From contig OZ252227.1 of assembly GCA_965249175.1 (NCBI GenBank), positions 2,299,699 through 2,363,698 of the forward strand: a DNA stretch of 64,000 bases. Direction: 5' to 3'. The notes beneath the pieces are model-generated. The model made no database searches. It was given only the letters and a program-made list of their open reading frames with translations, and was not told the origin of the DNA. Positions 1-9,999 of this stretch are shown piece by piece; within the stretch, counting starts at the first letter, position 1, and every line of letters starts with the position of its first letter. The DNA comes from Vicinamibacterales bacterium (GTDB lineage Bacteria > Acidobacteriota > Vicinamibacteria > Vicinamibacterales > UBA8438). Both the position numbers and the translations under genes were made by a program.

Positions 1-501
1 GTCGACAGACCGCGCAGATAGAGGATCGGCAGCACCTCCGCCACCTTGGGCGAGCGACGCATGTAGGGGGGCAAGATCCGACTCGTGAACCGCTCCCGCT
101 GGCCCGCGCCGTTGACCCTTTTGTCGTTCACCCGAGGAGCATGCACCTCGAGCGTACCTGCCCCGCACGTCACCTTCCGCGCCTGGGCCCGACCATTCCG
201 AACGACCAGCCGGCGTCCCCGCGCGTCCCGCTCCTCGCCGTGGGCCTCGATGTACTGCCCGACCTCCACCGCCAGGGCCGTCATCAACATCCGCCGGGCT
301 CCCTCCCGGGCCAGCTCGTCCACCGTCTGCGCACCGCGCTCTTCCGGCGGAACTTCGTTGTCTGCTCCATCGTTGTCGAGTACCTTCAGCATGGGTGGCG
401 GCTCCTTTCACCGGCCTGCCAGCCGGAGTTTTCGCGTTGCTCACGCGAAAGGATACGCCGCCTTCTTCAGACTGCCGATCCACAACTTCTGGTTATATCT
501 C
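1..501 (-). mobile_element. IS256-family element type A, copy 1 (left end and 5' part of transposase, ATG at 392; runs off window)
   Basis: Reverse complement of the GAGATATAACCAGAAGTTGTGGATCGG left end and MLKVLDNDG start seen in five other copies. Confidence 0.95.
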
Positions 502-1007
502 TACTCGGAGGCGAGCTACTACCTGTGGCGGAGTAAGGACGGAGGCATAAGGCCTGTCCGATGTGTCACGTCGGACTCTACGATGAGGCCTCCGCAGCGG
601 TCACAGATACAACGTGCGTGGCCACTCGGCCGTCGGCAGCTTTCGGCGGACGTTCATGCGGCCCCACTCGAACGGCACGCCCAGCACGATGAAGAGCACG
701 CCTGTGAAGATTAGGGTCTCCCAGCGGCTCATGGTCAGGACCATCGCGATCATCCACGCCCACCTCGCGTAGCGAAATACGCGTCCTCCCATCCGACTCT
801 GGACGGGGAGCAGAAACGGCGCCGCCACGAGCGCGAATAGCCCCACGCCGCCAAGAGTGTCCTGCACGACGTCCAGCAGATGGTCCGCAACCACCGCTCC
901 GTACAACGAGAAGGTCCCAAAGCACAGGAGTATCGTGACTATCGGCCAACGGGGCTCCCGTCCCGCGCGTCGGGCCCCCTCGAGCAGTCTGGGCTTGATC
1001 CGATCTC

Positions 1008-1352
1008 GTGGACACTTTCCAAGAGAGGAATACGATGTCCACGATGGCCACAACAGGGAAGCCACGCCGGGTGCGGCGACGGTTCAGTGAGGAGTTCAAG
1101 ACCGGGGCGGTCCGGCTGGTACTCGACGAGGGGAAGACCGTGGGGCGGGTAGCCCGGGAGCTCGACCTCACCGAGTCGGCACTCCGCACCTGGGTGGAGC
1201 GCACCCGGGCGGGTCGGACAAAGGGACGCACGGGCTTGACGAGTGAGGAGCGCGAGGAATTGCGCCGCTTGCGGAAGGAGAATCGGGTGCTCCGGACCGA
1301 GCGAGACATCCTAAAAAAGGCCGCGGCCTTCTTCGCGAAGGAGAACGCGTAA
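1008..1352 (+). CDS. IS3 OrfA (HTH); true start probably ATG 1035
   Basis: RRRFSEEFKTGAVRLV..VARELDL..LRTWV..ERDILKKAAAFF. Confidence 0.92.
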   Translation: MDTFQERNTMSTMATTGKPRRVRRRFSEEFKTGAVRLVLDEGKTVGRVARELDLTESALRTWVERTRAGRTKGRTGLTSEEREELRRLRKENRVLRTERDILKKAAAFFAKENA

Positions 1353-1399
1353 GATTCGCGTTCATCCAGACGGAGAAGGCCGACTTCAGCGTCAGGACG

Positions 1400-2215
1400 A
1401 TGTGTCGGACTCTCGCGGTCTCGCCGAGTGGATTCTACGCCTGGTGCCGCCGACCGGCGTCAGCTCATGCCCTCCGGGATCAGCAACTGCGGGTGCTCAT
1501 CCGTGCGTCGCATGAGGCGAGTCGCTGCCGCTACGGCAGCCCTCGGGTCCACGAGGATCTGATCGAGCAAGGGGTCCCCGTGAGTCGCAAGCGGGTCGTG
1601 CGCCTCATGCAGACCGACGGCCTCAAAGCTCGTGTGCGTAACCGGTTCAAGGGCACCACGATGAGCGACCACGACCAGCCGATCGCCGCGAATGTGCTCG
1701 ACCAGGACTTCGTCGCCGACGCGCCGAACCAACGGTGGGTCGCGGACACGTCGGAGTTCGTCATCGGCAGTAGCGGGAAACTGTACTTGGCTGCCGTCCT
1801 GGACCTCTACTCGCGGTTCCTGGTGGGGTGGGCCGTCAGCGCCATCAACGACCGCCATCTCGTCATCAAGGCGCTCAAGATGGCGCTGAAACGGCGCCGG
1901 CCTGCCACCGGCATGCTGCATCATTCTGACCAAGGTAGTCCGTACGCCAGCGAGGACTACCAAGCAGTCCTCACGGCGTACGGCATGACGGGGAGCATGA
2001 GCCGACGCGGCAACTGTTTCGACAATGCCGTGATAGAGAGCTGGTTCTCGACCGTGAAGCTTGAGCTCGGTGAGCACTTCCAGAGCTGCGGCCAGGCCAA
2101 GATGGAGCTGTTCGACTACATCGAAGTGTTCTACAACCAGCAGCGGCGACACTCGACCCTCGGCCAGATCAGTCCGGCCGAGTTTGAACGACGCGGGGCC
2201 GCTCTGGCAGCATAG
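1400..2215 (+). CDS. IS3 OrfB DDE transposase (made by -1 frameshift)
   Basis: WVADTS, HHSDQGSPY, GNCFDNAVIESWF, FYNQQRRHSTLG. Confidence 0.95.
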   Translation: MCRTLAVSPSGFYAWCRRPASAHALRDQQLRVLIRASHEASRCRYGSPRVHEDLIEQGVPVSRKRVVRLMQTDGLKARVRNRFKGTTMSDHDQPIAANVLDQDFVADAPNQRWVADTSEFVIGSSGKLYLAAVLDLYSRFLVGWAVSAINDRHLVIKALKMALKRRRPATGMLHHSDQGSPYASEDYQAVLTAYGMTGSMSRRGNCFDNAVIESWFSTVKLELGEHFQSCGQAKMELFDYIEVFYNQQRRHSTLGQISPAEFERRGAALAA

Positions 2216-2501
2216 TCAAACCGTCCACGAAACTGGATCAAGCCCAGTCTGGCTTCCCACGCAGTCAAAAGGACTCGCCGATACCTGCGGTTCACCGTCT
2301 TCGCATTGCCCAGCGATTCCAAGGCCGTCCGGCGTGCGTCGGTCCCGGCAGCACCGGCGGCCGACGCGTCCTCGCGGGCCGACTCGACATGCTCCTGGAG
2401 CTCCTTGCGCACGCGCGCAGCCGACGCCGTCGATAGCTTCCGGGTGGCGATGTCCAGCCAGGCCGCCAGAGCGTCATTGTCCATCCGAACTTCGGTCGTC
2501 A

Positions 2502-2813
2502 TCACGCTTCCTCCAGGATCAACGAGACCGCCCGCGACATCGCCCGCCAGTCCTCTCGGTCCTTGGACAGCATCCGCCGTCCTGATTCCGTGATCCGGTA
2601 GTAGCGGCGCGTCCGCCCCTTCTCGACGCCCTCATAGCTCTCCACCACGCCCTCGTTCTCCAGCTTGTGCAGCGCCGGATACAGCGTGCCCTCCTGAAAG
2701 TCCAACACACCTTCGGACCGCGACTTGATCTGCTGCGCGATTCGATAGCCGTGATTGGGTCCCCTCGCCAGGACTTCCAATATCAGTGCCGGCAATGTGC
2801 CTTTGAGATTCAT
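2502..2813 (-). CDS. PadR-family transcriptional regulator
   Basis: LKGTL..HGYRIAQQI..EGTLYPALHKLE..RRYYRITESG. Confidence 0.93.
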   Translation of the reverse strand: MNLKGTLPALILEVLARGPNHGYRIAQQIKSRSEGVLDFQEGTLYPALHKLENEGVVESYEGVEKGRTRRYYRITESGRRMLSKDREDWRAMSRAVSLILEEA

Positions 2814-3049
2814 GACGGCCTATGCATTGGTATCATATGCATACTATTGAGATATATGCAAGGGCGTCGGCGTGGCTGATCAGGCGCGTCAATCTGAGAT
2901 CGCATCCAGCCTCCTGGTGGGGCTCTACTCGGCGTTCGGCGTCGTGTTCCTGGTCATTCCCGTCCGGCTCACGACGGCGCTCCTCCGCGGGCCGCGGCGC
3001 CTCCTCCGACGCCTGTCTAACCGGGCCGGTGAGCCGGGGCGGGTCCGCT

Positions 3050-3153
3050 GTCTCTCCTGTCCGCTCGTTGCACACAGTCTGCCCATCTGAGGCCGTGATC
3101 CGCCCCGGCCGGTGGCATAATCAGCCCAGCTTTTCCACCCCCACAAGGAGGGG
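3050..3153 (+). repeat. ~100-bp promoter/RBS repeat, copy 1
   Basis: GTCTCTCCTGTCCGCTCGTTGCACAC..GAGGCCGTGATC..GGTGGCATAATCA..AGGAGGG; second copy at 5394-5493; extended -10-like TGGCATAAT. Confidence 0.75.
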
Positions 3154-3225
3154 CCATGCGCGCGACTGCGTCGGCGTGCGGCTTGGCTGGCAAGAAACCG
3201 TCTGGCTAACAAGGACATCTCACGG

Positions 3226-3429
3226 ATGCCAAGATATTCTCCCGGCAAGCGCGTGTCGCAGGACCAGTATGGTCCAGGCACCATCGTCGAATGCAACGAA
3301 CGTCATACCCTCATTGATTTTGATGATCACGGCGTGCGTCTGTTCGTCACGACGATGGTTGACCTCACGCCCAGCACGCTCCCCGAACCGTCCAAAGCGA
3401 AACGAACCAAGGCCCGCCGCAAAGGCTGA
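3226..3429 (+). CDS. Small SH3/Tudor-like protein (UvrD/PcrA C-terminal-like) with basic tail
   Basis: YSPGKRVSQDQYGPGTIV..IDFDDHGVRLF; AAGGA RBS upstream. Confidence 0.6.
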   Translation: MPRYSPGKRVSQDQYGPGTIVECNERHTLIDFDDHGVRLFVTTMVDLTPSTLPEPSKAKRTKARRKG

Positions 3430-3477
3430 GTGGCGTGTGATGCCGGCTGCACCCCGTTCGATAGACCCTGACAGCTC

Positions 3478-3693
3478 ATGGCGCTGACCGTCGGCTCCCG
3501 CCTCGGCCATTACGACGTGACCGACCTCATCGGCGAGGGGGGAATGGGGCAGGTCTATCGCGCCACCGACACCCAACTGGGCCGCGACGTCGCGCTGAAG
3601 ATTCTCCCCGACGCCTTCGCCGCTGACCCGGACCGGCTCGCCCGGTTCCAGCGGGAAGCGCAGGTGCTGGCCACATGCGCTGCTGAATCCTGA
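3478..3693 (+). pseudogene. Ser/Thr kinase N-lobe fragment K1
   Basis: [27 protein letters not shown], then unrelated sequence and stop. Confidence 0.9.
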
Positions 3694-3738
3694 AGACACG
3701 GAAACTCAGACTCTCGGGTGTCGACATTCCACCCGAGG

Positions 3739-5174
3739 GAGATATAACCAGAAGTTGTGGATCGGCAGTCTGAAGAAGGCGGCGTATCCTTTCGCGTGAG
3801 CAACGCGAAAACTCCGGCTGGCAGGCCGGTGAAAGGAGCCGCCACCCATGCTGAAGGTACTCGACAACGATGGAGCAGACAACGAAGTTCCGCCGGAAGA
3901 GCGCGGTGCGCAGACGGTGGACGAGCTGGCCCGGGAGGGAGCCCGGCGGATGTTGATGACGGCCCTGGCGGTGGAGGTCGGGCAGTACATCGAGGCCCAC
4001 GGCGAGGAGCGGGACGCGCGGGGACGCCGGCTGGTCGTTCGGAATGGTCGGGCCCAGGCGCGGAAGGTGACGTGCGGGGCAGGTACGCTCGAGGTGCATG
4101 CTCCTCGGGTGAACGACAAAAGGGTCAACGGCGCGGGCCAGCGGGAGCGGTTCACGAGTCGGATCTTGCCCCCCTACATGCGTCGCTCGCCCAAGGTGGC
4201 GGAGGTGCTGCCGATCCTCTATCTGCGCGGTCTGTCGACGGGCGATTTCCGCGAAGCGCTGCCGGTGCTATTGGGGGATGACGCGGCCGGCCTCAGCGCG
4301 ACCAACATCGCGCGCCTCACGGCGGTGTGGGAAGAGGACTACCGGCGGTTCCGCCAGCGGGACCTGGCCGATCGTGACTACGTGTACGTGTGGGTCGACG
4401 GCATCCATTTCAACATCCGGCTCGAGGACGATCGGCTCTGTACGCTGGTGATCCATCGGCGTACGGCCCGATGGGACCAAGAAGCTCGTGGCCCTGGAGG
4501 ACGGCTACCGCGAGAGCACCGACAGCTGGGCGACGGTGCTGCGGGACCTCCAGCGGCGCGGCATGCGGGCCCCGGTGGGGGCGGTCGGCGACGGCGCCCT
4601 GGGTTTCTGGGCGGCCGTGCGCGACGTGTGGCCGGACACGCGAGAGCTCCGCGACTGGTGTCACAAGATGGGCAACGTGCTCGACAAATTGCCAAAGCGA
4701 TTACAGCCGAAAGCGAAGCGCGCGCTCCGCGAGATCATGTACGCCGAGACGCGGGCACACGCCGAGGAGGCCATGGACGTCTTCATCGCCGAGTACGAGG
4801 CCAAGTACCCGAAGGCGGCGGCGTGCCTGGACGCAGACCGCGACCGCCTCCTCACGCACTTTGCCCTGCCAGCTGAGCATTGGCAGCACGTGCGCACGAG
4901 CAACGTCATCGAGTCGCCATTCGCCACGGTCCGACTCCGGCAGCGCGTGACCAAAGGCGCGGGCTCGCGCACCAAGGGCCTGTTGATGGCCTACAAGCTG
5001 CTCGAGATGGCACAGCAGCGCTGGCGTCGGCTCAATGGCGCGCATCTGCTGCCACTCGTCCGCGCCGGCGTGACGTTCATTGACGGGGTACAGCAGGAGC
5101 GAAACAACGAGGGAGATCGGAAGGTGGCCGCCTGATCACGCTGATGACCGATCCACAACATTTGACAATATCTC
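3739..5174 (+). mobile_element. IS256 type A copy 2 (frameshifted transposase)
   Basis: Ends GAGATATAACC../..GACAATATCTC; 9-bp TCCACCCGA duplication with extra GG on the left. Confidence 0.95.
3848..5135 (+). pseudogene. IS256 transposase with +1 C at about 4453
   Basis: GTGATCCATC versus GTGATCATC in intact copies. Confidence 0.9.
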
Positions 5175-5340
5175 TCCACCCGACGTCTGCGGGCGGAACG
5201 GCCTGCCCGGCATCTGTGCGTTCGTTCGAGAGGACGGGTTCTGTCTGGCTCCGCCCAAGACCTGGCCGAAACGGTTTCGGACACTTCGACAGAGACCTCC
5301 ACCGCTGGCAAGCATCGGGCGGCCAGCGAAGCCCTCGCCC

Positions 5341-5378
5341 GCCGCATGAACGTCCCCGAGACGACGGCTCCGAGCTAG
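5341..5378 (+). repeat. 3' tail remnant of a kinase-TolB-TPR gene (RMNVPETTAPS*)
   Basis: Similar to RRMNFPETAATA* at 30763-30801. Confidence 0.55.
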
Positions 5379-5393
5379 CCCAGCGGCCTCCCC

Positions 5394-5493
5394 GTCTCTC
5401 CTGTCCGCTCGTTGCACACCGCCTGCCCCTCCGAGGCCGTGATCAGCCCCGGGCGGTGGCATAATCAACCCCAGTTCCTATCCCACAGGAGGG
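5394..5493 (+). repeat. ~100-bp promoter/RBS repeat, copy 2
   Basis: Aligns with 3050-3153. Confidence 0.75.
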
Positions 5494-5676
5494 ACCCGGC
5501 GCTGATCTGTGTCAGCGTGCGGCCAGACTCGTTCACGCGACGCGGCACACGGGGTCTCATGCGGGCAGGACTCGCGAAGACGGTGTCTCGATCCCAGACG
5601 GCATTGAAGCCCACCATGACCACGACGCGCCGGCCGGGGCACCGCCTTGAAAACTTTGAGCATGCGGACGTGGTCG

Positions 5677-7105
5677 GAGGGTGAGCTAATCTTAGTTGAA
5701 AATTGAAACGGCTCCAGACCCTGTGGTGTGATGACGTTGCAAAAGACGGACATCACCCCACGAGAGAGAGGAGCCACGATGAGTGTCCTACGTGCTGTCA
5801 GGAAGCGCAAGAAAGTTCGCAAGCTGGGCTCGGTCAACATCATTCACCGCGAGGCCTACGCGGATCTGGAGCTGGACGCGAAGGTGGAGCTGATCCGCTC
5901 GCTGGTGCCCCTGGGCCTGATGCATGTGCAGGAGTTGCTCGACCAGGAGGTGACGGCGCTGGCGAGCGAGCGCTACGTCCGGAAGGACGCGTCGGTCGGT
6001 GGACGCCGTCACGGCAGTAACCCTGGGACGGTGGGTCTCGCGGGGCAGCGCGTGCCGATTCGCGTGCCCCGGATTCGTCGCCTCGCAGGGAGCGAGATTC
6101 CGCTGCGGTCGTATGCGGCGTTGCATGACGACCGCGAGGTGGACGACGCGCTGCTGCGACGGGTGCTCTACGGGATCTCGTGCCGCAACTACGCGGCGGC
6201 CGCGGCGGCGATTCCCGGGGCGATCGGGCTGTCGAGTTCGACGGTGTCCCGGGGGTTCATCCAGGCCAGCGCGGCGCAGCTACGGGCGTTCCAGGAGCGG
6301 GACCTATCCGATGAGGACGTGGTGGCCGTGTTCCTGGACGGCAAGACGTTCGCTGACGCGACGATGGTCATCGCGCTAGGCATCACGCTGTCTGGGGAGA
6401 AACGCTTCCTGGGCTTCGTCGAAACGGACACGGAGAACGCGACGGTGCTCACACCGTTCCTGCGGTCGTTGGTCGAGCGGGGCCTCGACCTCTCCCAGGG
6501 TGTGCTGGTCATCCTCGATGGCGGCAAGGGGCTCCGCACGGCCGTCCGGAAGGCCTTCCGGGGCCGGGCCCTGGTCCAACGGTGCCAGTGGCACAAGCGC
6601 GAGAACGTGGTGAGCTACCTGGCCAAGCACGAGCAGGCGGTGTGGCGTCAGCGTCTCCAGCGAGCGTACAACCGGCCGGACTACGACGAGGCCCTCGGTG
6701 CGCTCGAGACGCTCCACGGCGAGTTGGACGAGCGGAACCAGTCGGCGGCTGACAGCTTGGCGGAAGGCCTGGACGAAACCCTGACGTGACATCGATTGGG
6801 CGTGTACGGAGTGCTGGGCCGGTCGCTGAAGACGACGAACTGTCTGGAGTCGGTCAATGCGCTGGTCGAGGAACGCTGCGCGAAGGTAGATCACTGGCAG
6901 AGCTCGAGCCAACGCCACCGCTGGCTGGCGACCGCCCTCCTGGACATCGAACCGCGCTTACGAAGGGTGAGGGGCTACCGCCACCTTCCCACGCTTCGGG
7001 CCGCATTGAAGCGAGAACTGAAGATCGACACGACGACGTCGAAGAAGCAGGCCGCGTAAGCCATCGGGAGCCGTGGAGAGTTTCAACTAAGAATGGGCTT
7101 GACTC
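5677..7105 (+). mobile_element. IS256-family element type B, copy 1
   Basis: IRs ..CTTAGTTGAAA/TTTCAACTAAG.., 8-bp duplication CGTGGTCG. Confidence 0.95.
5728..7059 (+). pseudogene. IS256 type B transposase with premature TGA at 6787-6789
   Basis: TTA (Leu) at the same position in the intact copy 47412-48743. Confidence 0.9.
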
Positions 7106-7223
7106 CGTGGTCGCACACGCCCTGCAAGCACGGCGCAACCGGCGTCCGATCTGACCAACCCGTTCACGAGGGAACGCGCCGCGCGTGGCGGAAATCCTGG
7201 CGGGGACCGGGCGGGGCCGGGTG

Positions 7224-7397
7224 ATGCAGCTTGATGAACGTGTCGTCGGCGATGTGACCGTGCTGGCACCGTCCGGCCGGATGACGCGGGACGAGAACTT
7301 TTGCGCGGTGAACCGTCGAGTCGAGGCGCTGGTCGACGCGGGTCAGCGCAAGCTGGTGCTGGACTTGGGGGCGGTGTATATGGACAGCTCGGGCGTG
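7224..7397 (+). pseudogene. STAS / anti-sigma-factor antagonist N-terminal fragment
   Basis: ERVVGDVTVLAPSGRM..KLVLDLGAV-YMDSSG, then breaks off. Confidence 0.7.
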
Positions 7398-7557
7398 ACG
7401 TGTGCCCCCCCCTTGCCCCAGAGCGCCGTGAAGCCCACGAAGCACGCGAACGACGGGTTTCTAGAGGGTGGGGGGACCACGGCGGGACGAACGCCGCTAG
7501 GACGGTGGTCGCGGCGTAGAATGAGTCGCGGCGTCCGACCACCCGATAGACAAGCTG

Positions 7558-7605
7558 ATGGCCCTCGAAGTCGGCTCCCGGCTCGGCCACTACGACGTGA
7601 CCGCC
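7558..7605 (+). repeat. Ser/Thr kinase 5' fragment K2
   Basis: [16 protein letters not shown], near-identical to the K1 and K3 starts. Confidence 0.85.
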
Positions 7606-7631
7606 AGGCGCCCAACATAGGAGGTGCAACG

Positions 7632-8033
7632 ATGCGGACGATGGTAGTCGCCACAGCGGGGACGCTCGTGTTGGCAGGTAGCGTGATTCTCGGGCAGCAG
7701 ACTCGACGACAGCCTAGTGCCGAGCCGATCTTTGTCCCTGGGCCTGCAGAGGTCGTTGGGAGCGTGAGCATTACCAACGAACCGACCGTGCAGGCTCAGC
7801 AGGCGGGGATGTGGGAGGTGACGCTGGCGGATCAGGTTGCGCTCGTGATCCCGACTCCCGAGTTCATCGTCGTTGGCCAGACCTATCGCTTCACATGGTC
7901 GGGGAGCGACGCGGCTCGCACCTATCAGGTGCTCGCGCTCGCGGAGAACGGCTGGGTGGCGGCTGCCCCGGTCGTCGGAGGAGACCGCATGTGGCTCAAC
8001 ACGTCGCTCGCCACGAGCATCGAGCCGCTATAG
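7632..8033 (+). CDS. Secreted hypothetical protein
   Basis: AGGAGG RBS, signal-peptide-like N-terminus MRTMVVATAGTLVLAG. Confidence 0.65.
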   Translation: MRTMVVATAGTLVLAGSVILGQQTRRQPSAEPIFVPGPAEVVGSVSITNEPTVQAQQAGMWEVTLADQVALVIPTPEFIVVGQTYRFTWSGSDAARTYQVLALAENGWVAAAPVVGGDRMWLNTSLATSIEPL

Positions 8034-8051
8034 ATTCTGTCAACGGCCCAT

Positions 8052-8435
8052 ATGTCATCGAAGAACACCCAGGCAGCGAGGGACGGCCGGGACCCGATTG
8101 TTGTCGAGGCACAGCGCTACCTCGATCAGCGGGACAAGACCTATCGGGAGCAAGCGCTCAAGATCTATCCCTGGATCTGTGCGAAGTGCGGTCGCGAATT
8201 CAGCGGCAAAAAGCTTCGCGAGCTTACCGTCCATCACAGGGACCACAACCACGACAACAATCCACCCGATGGGAGCAACTGGGAGTTGCTGTGTCTCTAC
8301 TGTCACGAAAACGAGCACGCGCGGAATCAGGTAGCTGACGCGTATGATGCGGCGACCTCGGGCGAGGAGCGAGAGCCCACGTCGACCTACAAGCCGTTCG
8401 CTGATCTTGCGGATGTGTTGAGGCGCAACGAATAG
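8052..8435 (+). CDS. yajD: YajD-family HNH nuclease
   Basis: [52 protein letters not shown]. Confidence 0.88.
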   Translation: MSSKNTQAARDGRDPIVVEAQRYLDQRDKTYREQALKIYPWICAKCGREFSGKKLRELTVHHRDHNHDNNPPDGSNWELLCLYCHENEHARNQVADAYDAATSGEEREPTSTYKPFADLADVLRRNE

Positions 8436-8599
8436 CTGCAGCTATGGCCCTGACCGTCGGCTCCCGCCTCGGCCATTACGACGTCACTGCCCTCATCGGC
8501 GAGGGCGGGATGGGCCAGGTCTATCGCGCCACCGACACGCAACTGGGCCGCGACGTCGCGCTGAAGATCCTTCTATGAAGCGGCTTGTCAAGTCACCTC

Positions 8600-8958
8600 G
8601 TTGTTCGTCGAAGCTCTCACGCTCTCCGATACACCCTCCAGTGAGCGCGCCGTCCCCGCACCCAGCTGGGGGGCGCGCGCGAACGGGTCGGCAGCTCGGT
8701 GTGCTGTCCACGGGCCCGGATTTCGGTCGCTAGGGTAACAACCTGCTTAGACGCGCCGGGCTGAAGCCGCGAGGTGCGTCATCCTTCTATTCGCGCTCGA
8801 CAAGGGCGATCTCTGATCGCCGGCGCAAGAGACGATCCGAATGGGGGGCGGCACCATCTCCCTGCCGGCCTCGCGTGCGACCAAGGATCTTCACGTGCTC
8901 ACCCACCAACCCTGCAACCCCGGACCTCACTCAGTGGCCCGACCGCACCACCAAGGAC
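8600..8958 (-). ncRNA. Predicted bridge/seek RNA of the IS1111 element (ends approximate)
   Basis: Guide-like matches to target (8884-8893, 8858-8866) and donor (8784-8790) inside stem-internal-loop structures. Confidence 0.75.
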
Positions 8959-9999
8959 TTACCCGCTCATCCCGTGCGGCACTGGGACCCCGACGCGGCG
9001 CCCGTCATAGACCGTCTGGTCCCGCCACATCGCAAACAGGATCCCCGCCAACCGGCGCGCGACGGCCACGGTGGCGATGCGCCGGCCGCGGCGCGTGGCC
9101 AGTTGCTCGGCCCAGGCGCGCAGGCCCGCGGCCTCCGCCCGGCGAGACCGGAGCGCGGCCCACGCGGCTTGCACCAGCAACCAGCGCATGCGCGGATTGC
9201 CCGCCTTCGTAATGTGGCCCCGACGGTGGCGGTCCGCAGAGCTGTCCTCGCTGGGCACCAAGCCGAGAAAGCTCTCGACCTGGTGGGCCCCGCCAAAGCG
9301 CCCCGCCTCATCCAGCGTCGCGACGAATGCCGTCGCGATGAGGGGGCCTACCCCGGGGGCGGTAGTCAACCGCTGTACCACCGGGTTGGCCGCCGCCGTC
9401 TCGATGACCTGGGCATCGGCCACGGCGAGCTGCGCGGTCAACTGTTCCCACAGGGCGAGCAGCGGCTGGAGCGCCGCCTGTAACTCGTCGGGGAGCTCCA
9501 GCTCCGTCACATACGTACCGAATCGGTCGGCATCCCCGGCCCGGACGCGCAGTCCCTCCCGCCGCACCAGCGCCCGCACCAAGGCGATGGTGCGCCCGCG
9601 GGTCCGCCCGAGCAGGTCGCGCACCCGGAGCTGGCGCCGCACCCGATGCTGGGCGGCCGACACGCGATGCGCCGGGCGATAGGAACCGAGTCGGGCCGCC
9701 TCGGCCAGCATCCGCGCATCGCGCCGATCCGTCTTCACACGCCGGCGCCGTTCGGGATACATCGGGGCGTAGTTCGGATCCGCCACGATGACCTCGTGGC
9801 CGCACTGCTCGATCGTCTGCGCCACCCATTCGCTTTCCGTCGTCGCCTCGAGGAGCACCCGGGCACACGGTCGGCTCCCGAACATCTTCGTGAACTGCTG
9901 CCGCGTACTCTGAATCCGTCGTTCGATGATCTCGCCCTCGGACGTGAGGATGCAGATTTGACTTTCTCTCTTATGGACGTCGATGCCAATATGCTCCAT
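8959..9999 (-). CDS. IS110 DEDD recombinase/transposase
   Basis: HIGIDVHK, VLLEA, KTDRRDA, PGVG, GLVPSEDSS, ITKAGN, VAVARRL. Confidence 0.95.
   Translation of the reverse strand: MEHIGIDVHKRESQICILTSEGEIIERRIQSTRQQFTKMFGSRPCARVLLEATTESEWVAQTIEQCGHEVIVADPNYAPMYPERRRRVKTDRRDARMLAEAARLGSYRPAHRVSAAQHRVRRQLRVRDLLGRTRGRTIALVRALVRREGLRVRAGDADRFGTYVTELELPDELQAALQPLLALWEQLTAQLAVADAQVIETAAANPVVQRLTTAPGVGPLIATAFVATLDEAGRFGGAHQVESFLGLVPSEDSSADRHRRGHITKAGNPRMRWLLVQAAWAALRSRRAEAAGLRAWAEQLATRRGRRIATVAVARRLAGILFAMWRDQTVYDGRRVGVPVPHGMSG

Larger units (their letters stand above)
990..2246 (+). mobile_element. IS3-family element, apparently intact
   Basis: TG..CA ends with IR TGGGCTTGATCC/GGATCAAGCCCA, 3-bp duplication GTC, A6G slippery site at about 1313-1319. 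Confidence 0.95.
601..2505 (-). pseudogene. PadR-associated membrane protein (permease-prefix-like N-terminus) split by IS3
   Basis: N-half 2247-2505 (RVRKELQEHVESA..ALESLGNAKTV..AWEAR) rejoins in frame with the TM-rich C-half 601-989 (LLEGARR..) when the IS3 and one GTC duplication are removed; directly downstream of padR. Confidence 0.75.

Noticed and set aside
85-714. Recurrent ORFs MNRSRWPAP.. and MHLERTCP..
   Set aside because: Antisense shadows of the IS256 type A transposase, recurring only because the IS is repeated.
7185-8033. 282-aa ORF as a single gene
   Set aside because: It joins a STAS stub, intergenic DNA overlapping K2, and a separate gene with its own RBS at 7632.
8052-8435. 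HNH nuclease as a defence or homing system
   Set aside because: It matches the widespread stand-alone YajD family, and no partner genes are present.
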